A stretch of DNA of 64,000 nucleotides from Hydrolagus affinis. Taxonomy: Eukaryota. The notes below the pieces were generated by a model that was given only the letters and a program-made list of their open reading frames with translations, did not search any database and had not been told where the DNA came from. The stretch spans positions 62,001 through 126,000 of the forward strand of contig JAAILG010000025.1 in NCBI GenBank assembly GCA_012026655.1, written 5' to 3'. Made by a program: the position numbers and the translations under genes. The stretch's first letter is position 1. Every line of letters starts with the position of its first letter. Shown here one piece after another: positions 51,857 to 64,000 of the stretch.

Positions 51857-51897
51857 TACACACACACACACACACATCTTTATATATATATATATAT
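51857..51897. repeat. (CA)n-(TA)n compound microsatellite
   Basis: Directly visible. Further (TA)n runs at ~49989, 50987 and 51097, and (GT)n at ~41534. Confidence 0.9.
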
Positions 51898-52834
51898 TTT
51901 ACACAAACGTTTGTCTATCGGCAGCGTGTGAATGCAAAAGTTAGCAATGAACAATGAGACGAGAGATGAGACAAAATACGTTTACTCACTCCTCCACCGA
52001 GAATTACTGGTCAAGGTGACATGTGTTGGTAATATAATACACTGGACTGATAGGACTTACACCCCAAGTCGGAATAATTGGAGTGAGACTGACTGCTTCT
52101 AGGATCTTTCTACAAATTATGAAATCAGGTTAGAATTGATATTGTAAGTTAAGATCTGCGGCTGTCGCTTTGGAAAAGGGAGCCAGTGGGATTGAGATAA
52201 ATCTCTTGGTCTGTCTAAGCCCTGGAGTGAAGCCCTGGGATCTTCAAGGAGGAAATGAAATGTTGCTCTCTAGTACTTCCAGCATCTTTGCACTCTCGTT
52301 TATCTTGCTCTCTTTCTAGATCCCTAGCCTTTAATGACAAACTGTGTTCTCTTTATTGCCTGATGTCCTCACATTGTACGTGCAATCCATCATAACACAG
52401 AGAAATTTGAGATACTGAGTGTGTGTCCCCCCCCCCCCACCCCCCCCAACTAATGTGATACCAGGCTTCTAAAACATTATTCCAGCATTGTTACTAAAAG
52501 ACAACCAGTCAGGTTAGGACGAGTCTGTTCTCATTTTATTTTCCTCTCCCCCTCCCCGTCCCAAATCATTTTTATAATCAATATAGTTGATAGTTGTTTC
52601 AAGGTACACACCACTTAATAAAAGTTTCCATGAGAATGATCAGGTTTATATCATTTTAAAAACCATTGCTTTATTGTTCTGGCCTACATTTGATGCACAT
52701 TACTGCTCCCAGTCCCGACTCTTGTCCTTGTGTCACAATTATTGATGCATTATAATAAAGTGAGAGTATTCCTTCCATTTGGCTTTGATGCTGCGATGAT
52801 ATCTCTGAACCTTTACAGTATTCGCCGTAAATGT

Positions 52835-53050
52835 ACTTGGTAGACGAACGCGGCAGCCAATTTGCGCACAGTAAGCAAAGTCCCACAGATAGCTGTGAAG
52901 TGAATTTTTATCTGCGGGATTGTTGGCCAGGACACACTGGAAGAAACTCCTTTCTCTTTTAGAATAGTGCCATAGAATTGGATCTTCCAGATTTGCCTGA
53001 AAAGGCACAGATGGGATCTCTGTTTAACATCTCACCTGAAGGACAGCCCT
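52835..53050 (-). mobile_element. Deu-domain SINE relic
   Basis: Reverse strand reads CAGGTGAGATGTTAAACAGAG...ATGGCACTATTCT...GTGTCCTGGCCAA...TGCGCAAATTGGCTGCCGCGTT; matches the 62742 copy. Confidence 0.7.
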
Positions 53051-53111
53051 GTCTGTGTTAGACCATTGCAAAGCATTACCATCACTTTCAGGTCCCTGTT
53101 TGGTAGTTATT

Positions 53112-53227
53112 GTTTCGCGCACAAATATACAGTCAATTTACTTTACAGTATATTCTGTGAAGCGCTTTGAGACGTCTGTCTGGAAGACGTGAAAAGCGCA
53201 ATATCAAATGCAAGGATTATTATTATT
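53112..53227 (+). mobile_element. SINE 3' fragment
   Basis: GTTTCGCGCACAAATATACAGTC...CAAATGCAAGG(ATT)n. Confidence 0.85.
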
Positions 53228-54084
53228 GTTGTCTGTACATAAATTCCGCACTGATGAACAAGGAGATTCTGTATGCCAAATAAACTAACAAGCACTGCTC
53301 ATTTTCTAACTTGCTCTTCATTTGAGCGTTATATGGTTGGAATAATCATCCTCGAAACAAAGCCACTGGAGATGGTCAGTATTACCTAGCTGCTCTGTTG
53401 GCTGGTGGGCCAAGTAATTAGAGTTTGGTTAAGTGGAGACCATAGACAAGGGGACTGGTTCAAATCCCAGTTTGTGCCAATCAGCTGCTCTTAGCTGGGA
53501 CAATTGCCATTGTGTTAAGGAGAGAGACAATCAGTATCTTAGAAAGATTGTATCTTATCTCCTTTTTTTTAAAAAAAGACTTTTTCAGTATATTTGTATT
53601 TTGGGTAAATGATAATGATGCAAGTATGGTTACAGAGACACAACCCCTTATCTACGTTCAACTATGTGGGTTGAAAATGTTCTGCAGTTAGGTAGAATGC
53701 ATATTGTTGAGAAATCAGTCATTCCTATCCTATCATGTTCAGTTTGGACAATATATTGTGTCTCCCGTGTTGTCTGGTCCTGCTATGTGCAAAATCTAGA
53801 CTGCAAAAAGCAAGTATTTCACAAGCTATCTCAGAATTGCATGCCTTAGTTTTCTTTTACTCTTGTATTATTGGAGGGTTTTTTGGGGAAAAAAAAGATG
53901 ATCAAAACTTATTTTTTCAATACAATTAGCGAGTATTTTGAGCTTTCGATCCTTGTACCACCAAGACGTTCAGATGGATCATCTCAGTGGTGTTTGGCTC
54001 TTCCTTCTTTCCACCAATTTTCTGCTTTTCTTGTGCTAAAAGTGTTGTCCGTGTTCACTGGCGAAAGTAAACCACTGGTACCCG

Positions 54085-54195
54085 CTTACCTAAATGACCA
54101 TTTCTTCCCGAGGCAGCCTAGAAAGTGAGCAGTAACAGTTGATTTGTCTGCGAGATGTAATCAGAGCTAAGCCTGACCCTCTCTCTCCTCAACCA
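54085..54195 (-). mobile_element. Ancient SINE relic (same tentative family)
   Basis: Reverse strand AGGGTCAGGCTTAGCTCTGA...CTCACTTTCTAGGCT...GAAGAAATGGTCA resembles 19228-19312. Confidence 0.4.
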
Positions 54196-55723
54196 GCAAT
54201 TTACACCCACCATGACACTTGGATGATGGTCAGAAGCTGGAATTTTAGCCCATCCAGACCGTACTGAAGTTGATACTTGTTCTTTTCATCTGCATCATTA
54301 AAATAATTAAGAGTCATGTAATTTCCCCCAGTGCAGTGTGTTAACATGTGGTTTAAACGAATCGCATGATAGTTCCTGAAGCTCGTACTTAATAAAAACA
54401 AGAAAGCTGAAATTGCTTGCTTTCCTTCATGCTTTAAATGTGGAAGCCAGTGGTATTTGCCCGTGGTTGGTGGTTCTGAATGTGATTAGACATTTTACAA
54501 CAAGATTAGCAGTTTCTTGAGGGATTCTGGTGGTACATGTGAAATAAACAGTACCAGGAGTCAATTACCAGTCATTGTTGGTCTTTGGGTCATACAGCTG
54601 TATCCTAGTGGAACGATAGAAAGTGAGTTTGCAGTGGATATTATTGTCAAAAGCAAATGCATGTGAAAACAGCTGATTGAAGCCCAAACAGTGAAGATTA
54701 TAAATAATACTTCCATGACCTGCTGAGGGTCATGTGGGATACCCAAAAGGGCAAAGGACTACGTACTGTCTACAGGCTAATAAGTTCATTGATTCATGAA
54801 ATGGATATAGGTCAGTCCATATGCCATTGGCTTCTGGTAAGCCTCTGATCCAAGTTTGCCCTGGTTGCTGACAGTGTGATGTCATGGTGCCTGCAGTCTG
54901 TCTGCAAACATTAATAGGATCTGCTCCAGAACACTAAACCAAGAGCTTTTTCTGTTTACTGAGACGTTGCTAAATACAGCCATCTGTGACTTGGATGAGG
55001 TGGATGGCCTCTGAATAACCCTGAATTACAACCCTTTCATTGTTGGTTGTAATATTACCAATGCAGGCCTTTTACCATGATGTAGGGACTCTATTTTAGC
55101 ATAAGCTTAAGCAATCCGCTCCAACAGATCCTCAGAGATTGCCATCAATTATTAAATGTTGGCCCAACTCACAGTGTGATTCTGATAATATAACCATGGC
55201 TATGACTTCTATTTTATCTCTTGCTGGGAGGCAAACATCTCCCACATGAAAGTAAAAGAGTCCTGGCAGTGTGAGACTTTGAACGCCCATCGTACATATC
55301 ATTTCTGATCCGATATAGCGAAGACCATTCCCTTAGCGCATGAGTCATGTACATATTGATCATACAATGGATAATTATGTACGCGTTCAAAGGAAATTGT
55401 GGTGTTAGTACTAGTTTTGACCTGTGTGTTTGTAAACCCCATAAGTTATCAAAGGAAGACATCAAATAGGCTTGAAAGGATCAGAAGATTTCTTGTACAG
55501 TACTTCATATATGACTTTGATTCAACCAACTTGATTGTGCAACTCTTTCTGGTACTAATAAACTAGAATTCATAGCCTTTTTAACCCAGACAAAATATGA
55601 GGGAACTCGAAAACAAAGAGATGTGCACGTCTGACTTTCTGCGGTGTTTTTATTCGGTCTTTCAGACTAACAGTGGCTAAATTATTTGAAATGTATTTGT
55701 TCATTTCCATTTTTGAGATCTCA

Positions 55724-55866
55724 ATGCTGTGCACATTTGGCTGCTGCGTTTCGCCCACAAAATATACCGTACAGTCAATTAACTTTGCAGCACATTCCGT
55801 GAAGCGCTTCTGAGACGTCTCAAAGACGTGAAAAGCGCGATATCAAATACGAGGATGATCATTATT
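55724..55866 (+). mobile_element. SINE 3' fragment
   Basis: TGCTGTGCACATTTGGCTGCTGCGTTTCGCCCAC...GACGTGAAAAGCGCGATATCAAAT. Confidence 0.85.
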
Positions 55867-56221
55867 GGTATTGTTATCTTTATTTTGTATTCTTAAACTC
55901 TGAAACAGAAAGCTAAAGAATGAATGGATTTTTTATTGAAGCAATAAATGTGCTTTGGGAAATGTGATAGCTTGCTTCGTAAGATGAAGCAATTGTGGGC
56001 TGGTGCTTGCCATCTGGAGCTTTCTCTTAAATACCATCTGTATATAGAAGATGATCTCTAAGTGAGCAGATTGGTGTAATTATATTAAACCACCATCAAA
56101 CACCAGTTACACTTTCTCATAATTCCGTTAATTTGTACCAAAACCCCAAATTTCTAGCACGCCGAATAGAGGAAATCCAGCTCTTCCTCAAAATGCTACT
56201 GTTCAAATCAATTACATGTGT

Positions 56222-56536
56222 GAAGTCCTGTAGCTCAGTGGTTAGAGCACTCACCTCGCAAGCGAGAGACTTGGGTTTGATTCCAGGCAGAGCGAAACCT
56301 TGGGCAAGTTTCTTTACTCCACACGCCTGATAATAATCCCTCGAGAAGGAAAAAAACAATAATATATTGGTCACTTCAATCCACGACTGTTTGTGGGGCA
56401 TTGTTGTGTGCAATTGCCTGCCGTTTTTCGCCTGCAAATATACAGTCAATTCACTTTACAGTATATTCTGTGAAGTGCTTTGAGACGTCTAGAAGATATG
56501 AAAAGCGCTATTTCAAATGCAAAGATTATTATTATT
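56222..56536 (+). mobile_element. Full-length tRNA-SINE copy (variant head)
   Basis: GTCCTGTAGCTCAGTGGTTAGAGCACTC...GGTTTGATTCC, body and (ATT)n tail. Confidence 0.9.
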
Positions 56537-56810
56537 ACACCATCTCTGCATGTTTTCTATTATATTGCAATGTTTTAATGAACAAGGGTATTACACGAGT
56601 GACTTAGTGAGATTATGCAGTTAATTAACTGAGGTGTCAGGGTGAATGATTGTTTTTATGAATAAACCATACATTTTAAGAAAGGATGTCAGGGCATTTA
56701 AGACAGAGGTCATGATGACCCTACTGAGCTAGAGGTATTGAACAAAGACTTGCAATGGATTTAGTTTATACATTCATAAAATATGATTTAATATTCAGGT
56801 TTATTCATGT

Positions 56811-56921
56811 ATGCTGTGCGCAAAACAGTCACTTTACCGTATATTCTGTGATGCACCTTGAGACGTTTAGAAGACGTGAAAAGCGCTACATCAAATACAA
56901 GGATTATTATTATCATTATTA
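56811..56921 (+). mobile_element. SINE 3' fragment
   Basis: GTATATTCTGTGA...GACGTGAAAAGCGCTACATCAAATACAAGG(ATT)n. Confidence 0.8.
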
Positions 56922-59499
56922 TACTGCATATCAATGTGGTTTTCTTCTGCTTTGCTGTGCATTTCTGCATATGTTTGTTTCCCTTATTTTTCTCTATCCT
57001 TTTCTTCTCCACGCTCTTCTTTCTGTATCTTATGGTGGGCAGTTGAGCAGTTCTTTGAGCCACCAGAACCAACAGGCACAGACTGGATCTTGGTTAAACC
57101 TTTTCATGTATTTAAATATAACTGTGTGTTTGAAAGGTTCCTGTAAATATTAAACGAGTCTGAAATTTAACTCCAAATACTATCAACTCCAAATACTGTA
57201 GTATTGGACCTGTAGGGCAACCACACATGATTGAACAGCATTTATTTACCTAAAGCCAATGGCTAAATTGAGATGTTTGTTCCAATTTTCCAATAATTGA
57301 AAATATGCCTGACATAGTGACAGCTAATGGCCAAAGAAAGGACCAACAGACTTAAGCACATTGGTAACATCACAACATTAATTGAGCTATACATCCAGTG
57401 ATGTGTTTACCGCCCGACTGAAGAATATTCGCAGCATCCAAAACCTTCCAAGTGGCTGAGAGCAATATACTGTATTGGTTTTATTTCACGGCTGGACTCT
57501 GGTGGACCCGTGTGACTTTAACAAGTGTTGATACAGATCCCAGTGGGCGCAGAACTGGAGCACAAACCTGCTTATCATTCATCAGTCGTCAGATTGCAGA
57601 AGTCTCCATGAACCATTGGAAATTAAAGCAAAATCACATAGCAGGTGCTCCTATGAGGCTTGATGTTGAGACATGCTGTTGAGGGTTCACTCCTGAACCT
57701 GCCCTGTGGTTTACCTGATCTGGGAGTGATTTGCTGCTGATATCTCCCGCAACTGATGCACCATCTGGATGAGCACCAAAGACATTATCCCCAAATATGT
57801 GGATCAGTGGTTAATCCTCCCAGCTAATCACCTCTGGTGAATTAAGCTCTTGGTTGCTAACCAGAGTCGTTGGCTTGGCTGGGGTTCTTGGAGGTGATAT
57901 GGGGGAGGGAGGTTTTAGGATGAAAACTGATGCTGTTTCCTGCCCTTAGCATTTGGAGGGGAAGGGAAAGAATTAGTGCTCTACCTGCTCCGCACCAACA
58001 CAACAACAGTAATCTTTATTTTATCCTAACTGGAATGGTATTAAAGTATAAAATGCAACTCTGGCGTGTACTCCCTGAGAATGAAGCTGTGTAGTAAGCA
58101 GCTTAAAAGCAATGAAATCTGTCTGATGAACAATAAATCATAAATCCTAGAGCACTGCACGACAATGTAGTACATTGTTTTAAAGCTAGTAAAAGCTGAG
58201 CCAGCCCTAATTCACTGAAAATGAATGATGTCACCTGAATAACCTAAAGTTGTGGCCGCTCAATAATTCATGTTCGTAATATCAAGTCATTTATTTTTGG
58301 GGGATAACGTTTTAGCATCGAAACCCATGTAGGAATATGAAAACGTAAATATATTGGATGCAAAAGCTATTATTTTGTTTGGCAGAGAAGCAGATTGAAA
58401 CAGCAGGATTTTGCATTATAAGTGTCAGATACTGTAATACTGTATGTCACACCAAAGACAGTGGGCAGTGTCATTATTGCTGAAGTGAGGGCTTTTTTAT
58501 TTTGGTTGTTTCAGTGTGATACAGCTGCATGGCTAACAAATAGTCATTTGTAGCTGAGGTGTTGGGAAAATCATCAGGGGATATAACCTGTTCTATATTG
58601 TATCGAATGAAGTGATGGATGTTTTCTGCAGTGTGGCGCTTGAACAGGCAATGGGATTCAAATCTGCCTTGAGTGAGCTTAGAGATTTCCGAAACTGATT
58701 GCTGTATTTTTTTGAGGGGGTAGAAAAGAAACGACGAGGGAGGGAAAATGATCTGCAAAACACCAAATTACTGGTTAGATACTGTGAAATAAAAACAAAA
58801 TAAACCTCTGGTACTGTACATTGTTAGTCTCATCCCCCTGAATGACACTGAACATGAGAGATATAATGAATATATTTCCTTTGAACCTGATGTACATAGT
58901 CATACCATTCAGGGCTCTGGGTACCAATCCACCACCACACGCAGCTTTTTCCAAATGTAATACTAAGCAAGATATTACTGCAGCTGCCTGACAGGCTGCA
59001 CAATTGGGTACCTTCGTAGGTTTGAACATTGGAGTATTAACTGATAATTTATTTAACGCAGGAATTTGTGGACCGCGTGTTGGAATCACTGATGCTTGAC
59101 GGTGCATTATAATGAAGCCGAAAACAGAACGAGACTCGATTTTATTTTATAGGTTTTATTTTTCCCCCTGAATCCTCCTGAAGCTCCGAGAGTACATGGA
59201 GCTTGATCAGCTTGAACAGAAGAGTTGCCGCAACACAATTGACAACTGTTCAGCAGTCTCCAGACACTGCTCTAGAGGATGGTCTGATCATGCCAGCACT
59301 TCATAGGTTGTCAGCAGTCACCTGAGCAAGTAGCTTTCCGGAGCTCTTAAAGCAATGTCAGAACTAACGTCTGAAAGCATAGCTCGACATGGAAGTAAAT
59401 ATACAGCATTCTTCACTAGGTATCTGCTTATACAGTCAACCTACCAACTGAGTTGATTTGAAGTTGATTCTGCAGATCAACAAAGGATACAACATTTAT

Positions 59500-59550
59500 C
59501 TATATATATATATATACTGTATAACTATATATATATATATACTGTATATA
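59500..59550. repeat. Tandemly duplicated (TA)n-CTGTATA unit
   Basis: C(TA)nCTGTATA occurs twice in tandem. Confidence 0.85.
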
Positions 59551-60359
59551 CCTCAAGAGCATCTTGAGCATGAGGGAATTATCAAGTCCGTCTTGCAAAT
59601 GAAATAAAACAAGTTGCAGATTAAAAATGATGCAGTATTCTAGTTATTCCATTTGCCCATCAGGAGCCCTAACAAAACCTATTTGACTTTCGGAGTACCT
59701 GAGTCACTCTGCAGAGCGTGGTATGTATCTAGGGATCTCTTACCATTTCCCCTACCATTTTCCTATTCAAGGCCTAAATAATGTTGTACACGAATACAGA
59801 AATCATAGTCATCTCACTCTTCCTTGACTGCACAGAATTGAGACTTTGTTCAGTGTCGATTCTCTGTGAGCGTTTCTTCCTTGTTTACTGCCCTTGAGCC
59901 TTGTGTCTCTTATTTTGACAAGTACATGTTCTTTCCTCTACCCCCGCTTGCTTCTGTAACACAGGCAAAAAAAATGTTCAGAGCTTGCATGCACTGTTTG
60001 GGGGAGAGAGAGAGAGTTCCTCAAGTTGTACAGTATGAGAGAAGCTTCTCCTCTGGCATTCTGCCCAGGCTTTATAGATTGTTGAAGTGCTGCTACAGTG
60101 GCTGGTTTGTTACGCAGTTAAAGATGCTGACCTGGCTTTTTTTTGTGGTGCTATGCACCAATGTCGAACAGCCTTGTCACATCCCTCGAGAGTTTCGAGG
60201 ACATACTCTTGTTACGGATCAGACAAATCCTTGTCTACTTCACTGGCTTCCCATTGTAGAGTCTTGTCTCCTTGTTTCTGTTAGTTAATCTAATTAGTTA
60301 ACAGATAACGGCTTTGCAGAACAACGAGCGCAAAGGGAGACCCATTCCTCTTCAATCCT

Positions 60360-60500
60360 TTGGGCATCGCAGTCACGTTTGATGTCTGTCCTCACTCCAC
60401 ACTTGCCCCGGCTGAGGCTCAGCTCACGTCCCGCCATTCAGAGGTTGAACACGGGACCGTTCTGGAAGTCGCGCCATCATCAATCACTCAGGAAAGCTTA
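60360..60500 (-). mobile_element. Ancient SINE relic (same tentative family)
   Basis: Reverse strand CCAGAACGGTCCCGTGTTCAACC (B-box-like) ... GTGAGGACAG...GCGATGCC. Confidence 0.4.
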
Positions 60501-62741
60501 TTATTAAAAAGCTGCTTTGCAGCCTCTGGAGTGGCATTGCATGACCTGTCACCTTGGAGATTTGTGAGTGGTGAAATCTCCCTGCTGATAGTTTTTAACC
60601 ATTCCCCCTTTCTCTCCGGGAAAGCACCTGGTGGACCGGCCACCCGGTTGAAATTGCTGCCTCACAAAGTTTGGGAATAGTAGGCAGCAAGCCCGTGTTC
60701 TTTGACCGCACTCCCACCCCCAACTTCGCAAAGCCATTATTGTTAGGCACCTTGGGACGTCCTCCCGACGTGAAAGGCATAAGATAAAGTACATAAATAC
60801 AAATTTGTATTGTATTGTCCTATTCCATGCTATGAGCTCGTTGCACTTTCAATTCATTAAAACTATAAAGTACTGTACAGCGTTTAGGATCTGTGTACCG
60901 AGATCCTTGGAGCAGAAATTGGCCCTCATTTATTCCCGTTCCAAATGAAAAGGAGATGCTACTGTTGAGATATCAATTTGCGTTTCCTATTTTAGGATCT
61001 GATTCTTTCTGTGGGGTAGCGAGTGTCATTCCTCACTTTCAAGCGTTTATTATTGTTGTTGCACGAGTTTACTCACGCCGACCGTGTGGTGTGGCGATTA
61101 TCTGTGGAAACAAACTGGATTCTGTTTGCAAAAGTTACTTCCCGAGTCTTCCCACAGTGAAGCTTGGGAATTGCAGATGGATTTGTTTAAGACTTGGTGG
61201 TGCTAGTTCTCCCTCCATCGGAATCACTGTGGGCTGCAGTGTTTGCCTGCCAGGCAGATGTGTGAGGAGCAGTCACAGCTCAGGCTGATTGTCAAGGAAA
61301 TGCAGGATTATCTGACCACCAACAGAGGTTCAGGCCTCTGTCGAACCAACAGTTTAACGTTAGGAAAAGAGACTTCCCTTCCTGATCATGACTGGTGCAG
61401 TCTGATGATACAATTTCCTCCATGGTTTGGATCAGTCTGCAGTACTGTTTGGTCTTATCTCCTGGCTGGGTAGTTATTGCGATGGAGGTAAGAGGCTAAG
61501 ACAAAAAATGCGCTTTTGCTAAGTTTCTTTTGTTTCCCACAGCATCCAGTGTTACCTGTGCATCTAACTCGTGTGACGTTAATTCCTCGCGGTGAAGCAT
61601 AGTTTTATTCTGGTTTTACATGTGTGATTTGTATCTTGTTCCTGTGTCGTTGATTGACTGGATTTCAGCTGGACATTTGTTTCCTAGTCTTGTCTTTAAA
61701 AATCATAAGATAGAACTTAGTTTGAATTTCATTGCTGTGTCATTTTGGCAGCCGAGCTCTTGTGTGATTGTTCTGAGTGTTAGTACCAGAAGCTTGCGTT
61801 TTCAACGTTGTGTCTGAAAGTGCTACCTAACACATTCCCATCCTGCTCACAGCCAACAATAAGTACATCCCCTATTATTAAGATACCTCTTATATGATGA
61901 GATATTGGAAAATATTAAGAATTGTCCTCGCATTTGATGCAGTGCCTGCCTTTCATGGTAGAAGGATGTCTCAAAATGCATCACAAGATATACTGTCGTG
62001 CGGTGAATGTATTTTGTAGGCGGAAATACTCTTAAATGACCCATAACCAGAAGTATTTGCATTTTGCGCAGGTTAAAACTGCTTACAAAAGATTTTGATG
62101 TATTATAATAACTGTAGACATTGAAAGGGAGCTGTTATGAGGAGGCTATTTCAGACCAGATGTCAGTTTGTACACTGAGTTTATTTTCACAGGATTAATA
62201 CTGATCTGATTTTGTGGTTAGAAACATGTAATCTTTTCTTCAGTGTTTGTTTGTGTGGTTATTAGTGTTTTGTCTGTTCGGCAAAATTTTCTGACAATGT
62301 GTGTTAAAGTTGAGTAATTTTAGGGTTTCATGGGATTAAAATTAGTGCAATCTTCAAGGTCATAAATTCTGTGTTGCTGTGGCAACGGTTCTGATAAGTG
62401 TGCTGCATTTTTCTATTGATTTTTAAAAAATAAATTTGAAACAGAAAATTGGGGCTAGATAGTGAAGACAAATGAAAAAATAGATGTCCTATATTTACGA
62501 AACACAAATATTATCAAAGATTTTATTAAAGATGCGATTTATTCAATTGCAGACTGCTGTTGGTCATGAAAGGGTTAGATTGGCAATTATAGAAGCCAAA
62601 ATAACCCATTATTTTAACAAACAGATACAAAGGAATTCCACCTGGGTCTAGATTTATTCGTATTTATGCAGCATTGTGGAGCGTTAGTGACATATTGCTG
62701 AATTGTGTCTAAATTTATTTTCAAAGCAACTGGAATCTGTA

Positions 62742-63025
62742 TGTCAGCCTGGTTCAGTGGTAGCTGTCTTGCCTCTGAGTCAGGTTGTGGGTTGAAGCCC
62801 TGTGTTGGGACTTGGAGTCACATAGTCTCAGATGACATTCCAATGCAATGTTGCATTGTCTGAGGTTCCGTCCTGCAGATGAGACGTTAAACCGAGCTCC
62901 CGTCTTGCCTTTTCTGGCTGGTGGCTGTTAAAGGAAGGGAGTTTCTCCCAGAGTGCAGGCCAAATAAGATTGGTCACTCACTCCATCGCTGCTTGTGGGG
63001 ACAATGCTGGGTGTAATTGGCTGGG
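62742..63025 (+). mobile_element. Older Deu-domain SINE (DeuSINE superfamily, SacSINE1-like)
   Basis: tRNA-like head (GGTTCAGTGGTAGC...GGGTTGAAGCCC) followed by CAGATGAGACGTTAAACCGAG, a core I recall from the Deu domain, and a 3' part TTGTGGG...AATTGGCTG shared with the younger SINE. Family name from memory. Confidence 0.7.
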
Positions 63026-64000
63026 AGTTGGTGTCCTGGCATGGGAAAGTCTGAAAAGAATGGAAGAAAAGAAAATCAATTCAGTTTCGGAATCAGGTGA
63101 CAACATAACTGAAGATGCAGTAGGTTTCAGATAACTGGCTCCACCTAGTGCTCTGTGAAATAAATTCAACTAAAACAACTCCCACAGCATTGTGTTAGTT
63201 AACATCTTAAGAGGATAAATAAAAATAAATCTCAAACTCAGTTGCAATTTTTGCTCATCCAATATTAAAGCTTTTCAGTCACCCAGAGGAATACAGTATT
63301 CAGCGTAAAAAGTGCAGGCGTTCATCATTGGATGCATTTATTTTATAACCGATAGCCTGTGAGGCAACTTAGCAACAAAAAAATGGCTTATTATCCAAAA
63401 ATGTACTTGATTTGTTAAACGGAAGAGGATGGTGGCAGTGATTCAATGTGTTGCATCTTGGATTAGTTGGAGATGGATTTGTTCCAGTGGGTTTCTCATT
63501 AAATAGTCTCCGTAAACTCATCCACCTGTGGCGTCAGCGAGCGGCACCAAACGGGGACTGAACACTTTCCCAACAGAAGGTCGTAAAGAGCTGCTGATGA
63601 AAATGACTCAATGCCATCTTTATTGTTTGGCTGAAGAGAAACATTGGTGTGACCGTATAATGGGGTCCTGTCTGCTCACTGAGCCAGCGAGTCATACGAG
63701 AGCTGATCAATTTAGTCTGTTCCAAAAAAAATGTTACGTCATCTATATTTCTGATTCGAGACGCAAGGGTTAAGGTTCATTCGTGTCTTTGTGATTTGAG
63801 TTCGGAGCATGAGGAAAGCTGAGTCGCACAGCTGTGTAGGCTGGATTCACTATTGCTCGGAGTGCTTTGTGAACAAAGCTGATATGAAGAACCATTTCAA
63901 ACAACTGTTAACGTTTTGGCTTTGGAAACAATGGAAACATGTGCAACGCAGAACATTTCCACCCTGACAGAGCACCAGGACTTCAGTGATGCAGTAAGTG

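Larger units (their letters stand above)
50947..64000 (+). other. NAV2: NAV2 intron following the first coding exon (partial)
   Basis: GT donor at 50947. I did not see the expected next exon (IYTDWANHYL, CH domain) in the remaining sequence, which is AT-rich and repeat-laden. Confidence 0.85.

Noticed and set aside
1-64000. CRISPR array, operon or prokaryotic defence system
   Set aside because: No regularly spaced repeats and no gene-dense coding; the sequence is vertebrate non-coding DNA with one spliced exon.

Overview
Vertebrate genomic DNA, not prokaryotic. The repeat content points to a cartilaginous fish, probably a chimaera such as Callorhinchus (inferred from remembered repeat sequences, not a search). 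The only host coding sequence I can support is the first coding exon of neuron navigator 2 (NAV2; 50677-50946, +, MPAILVASKMKSGLPKPVHSAAPILHV...ENGFDTQ|GT). It lies in a CpG-rich promoter zone (~46.1-51.5 kb) and is followed by a 100-N gap and the start of a long intron. The other ~46 kb upstream and ~13 kb downstream are non-coding. They hold many copies of a tRNA-headed SINE with an L2-type tail, older Deu-domain and other ancient SINE relics, L2 and CR1 LINE fragments, and microsatellites. Nearly all other ORFs in the track are spurious. Best second-look items: (1) a ~240-bp palindromic, TSD-flanked, Penelope-type non-autonomous insert with an intact minimal hammerhead ribozyme core (37360-37625; decayed copy at ~10.3-10.5 kb); (2) a templated-insertion and snap-back repair scar at 16023-16085 copying 25 nt from 1.3 kb away; (3) candidate translational-control elements upstream of the NAV2 ATG (strong-Kozak uORF, G-quadruplex, open in-frame extension); (4) a possible alternative phase-0 first exon. 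I see no evidence for a novel multi-gene system. Repeat boundaries are approximate and were read by eye.
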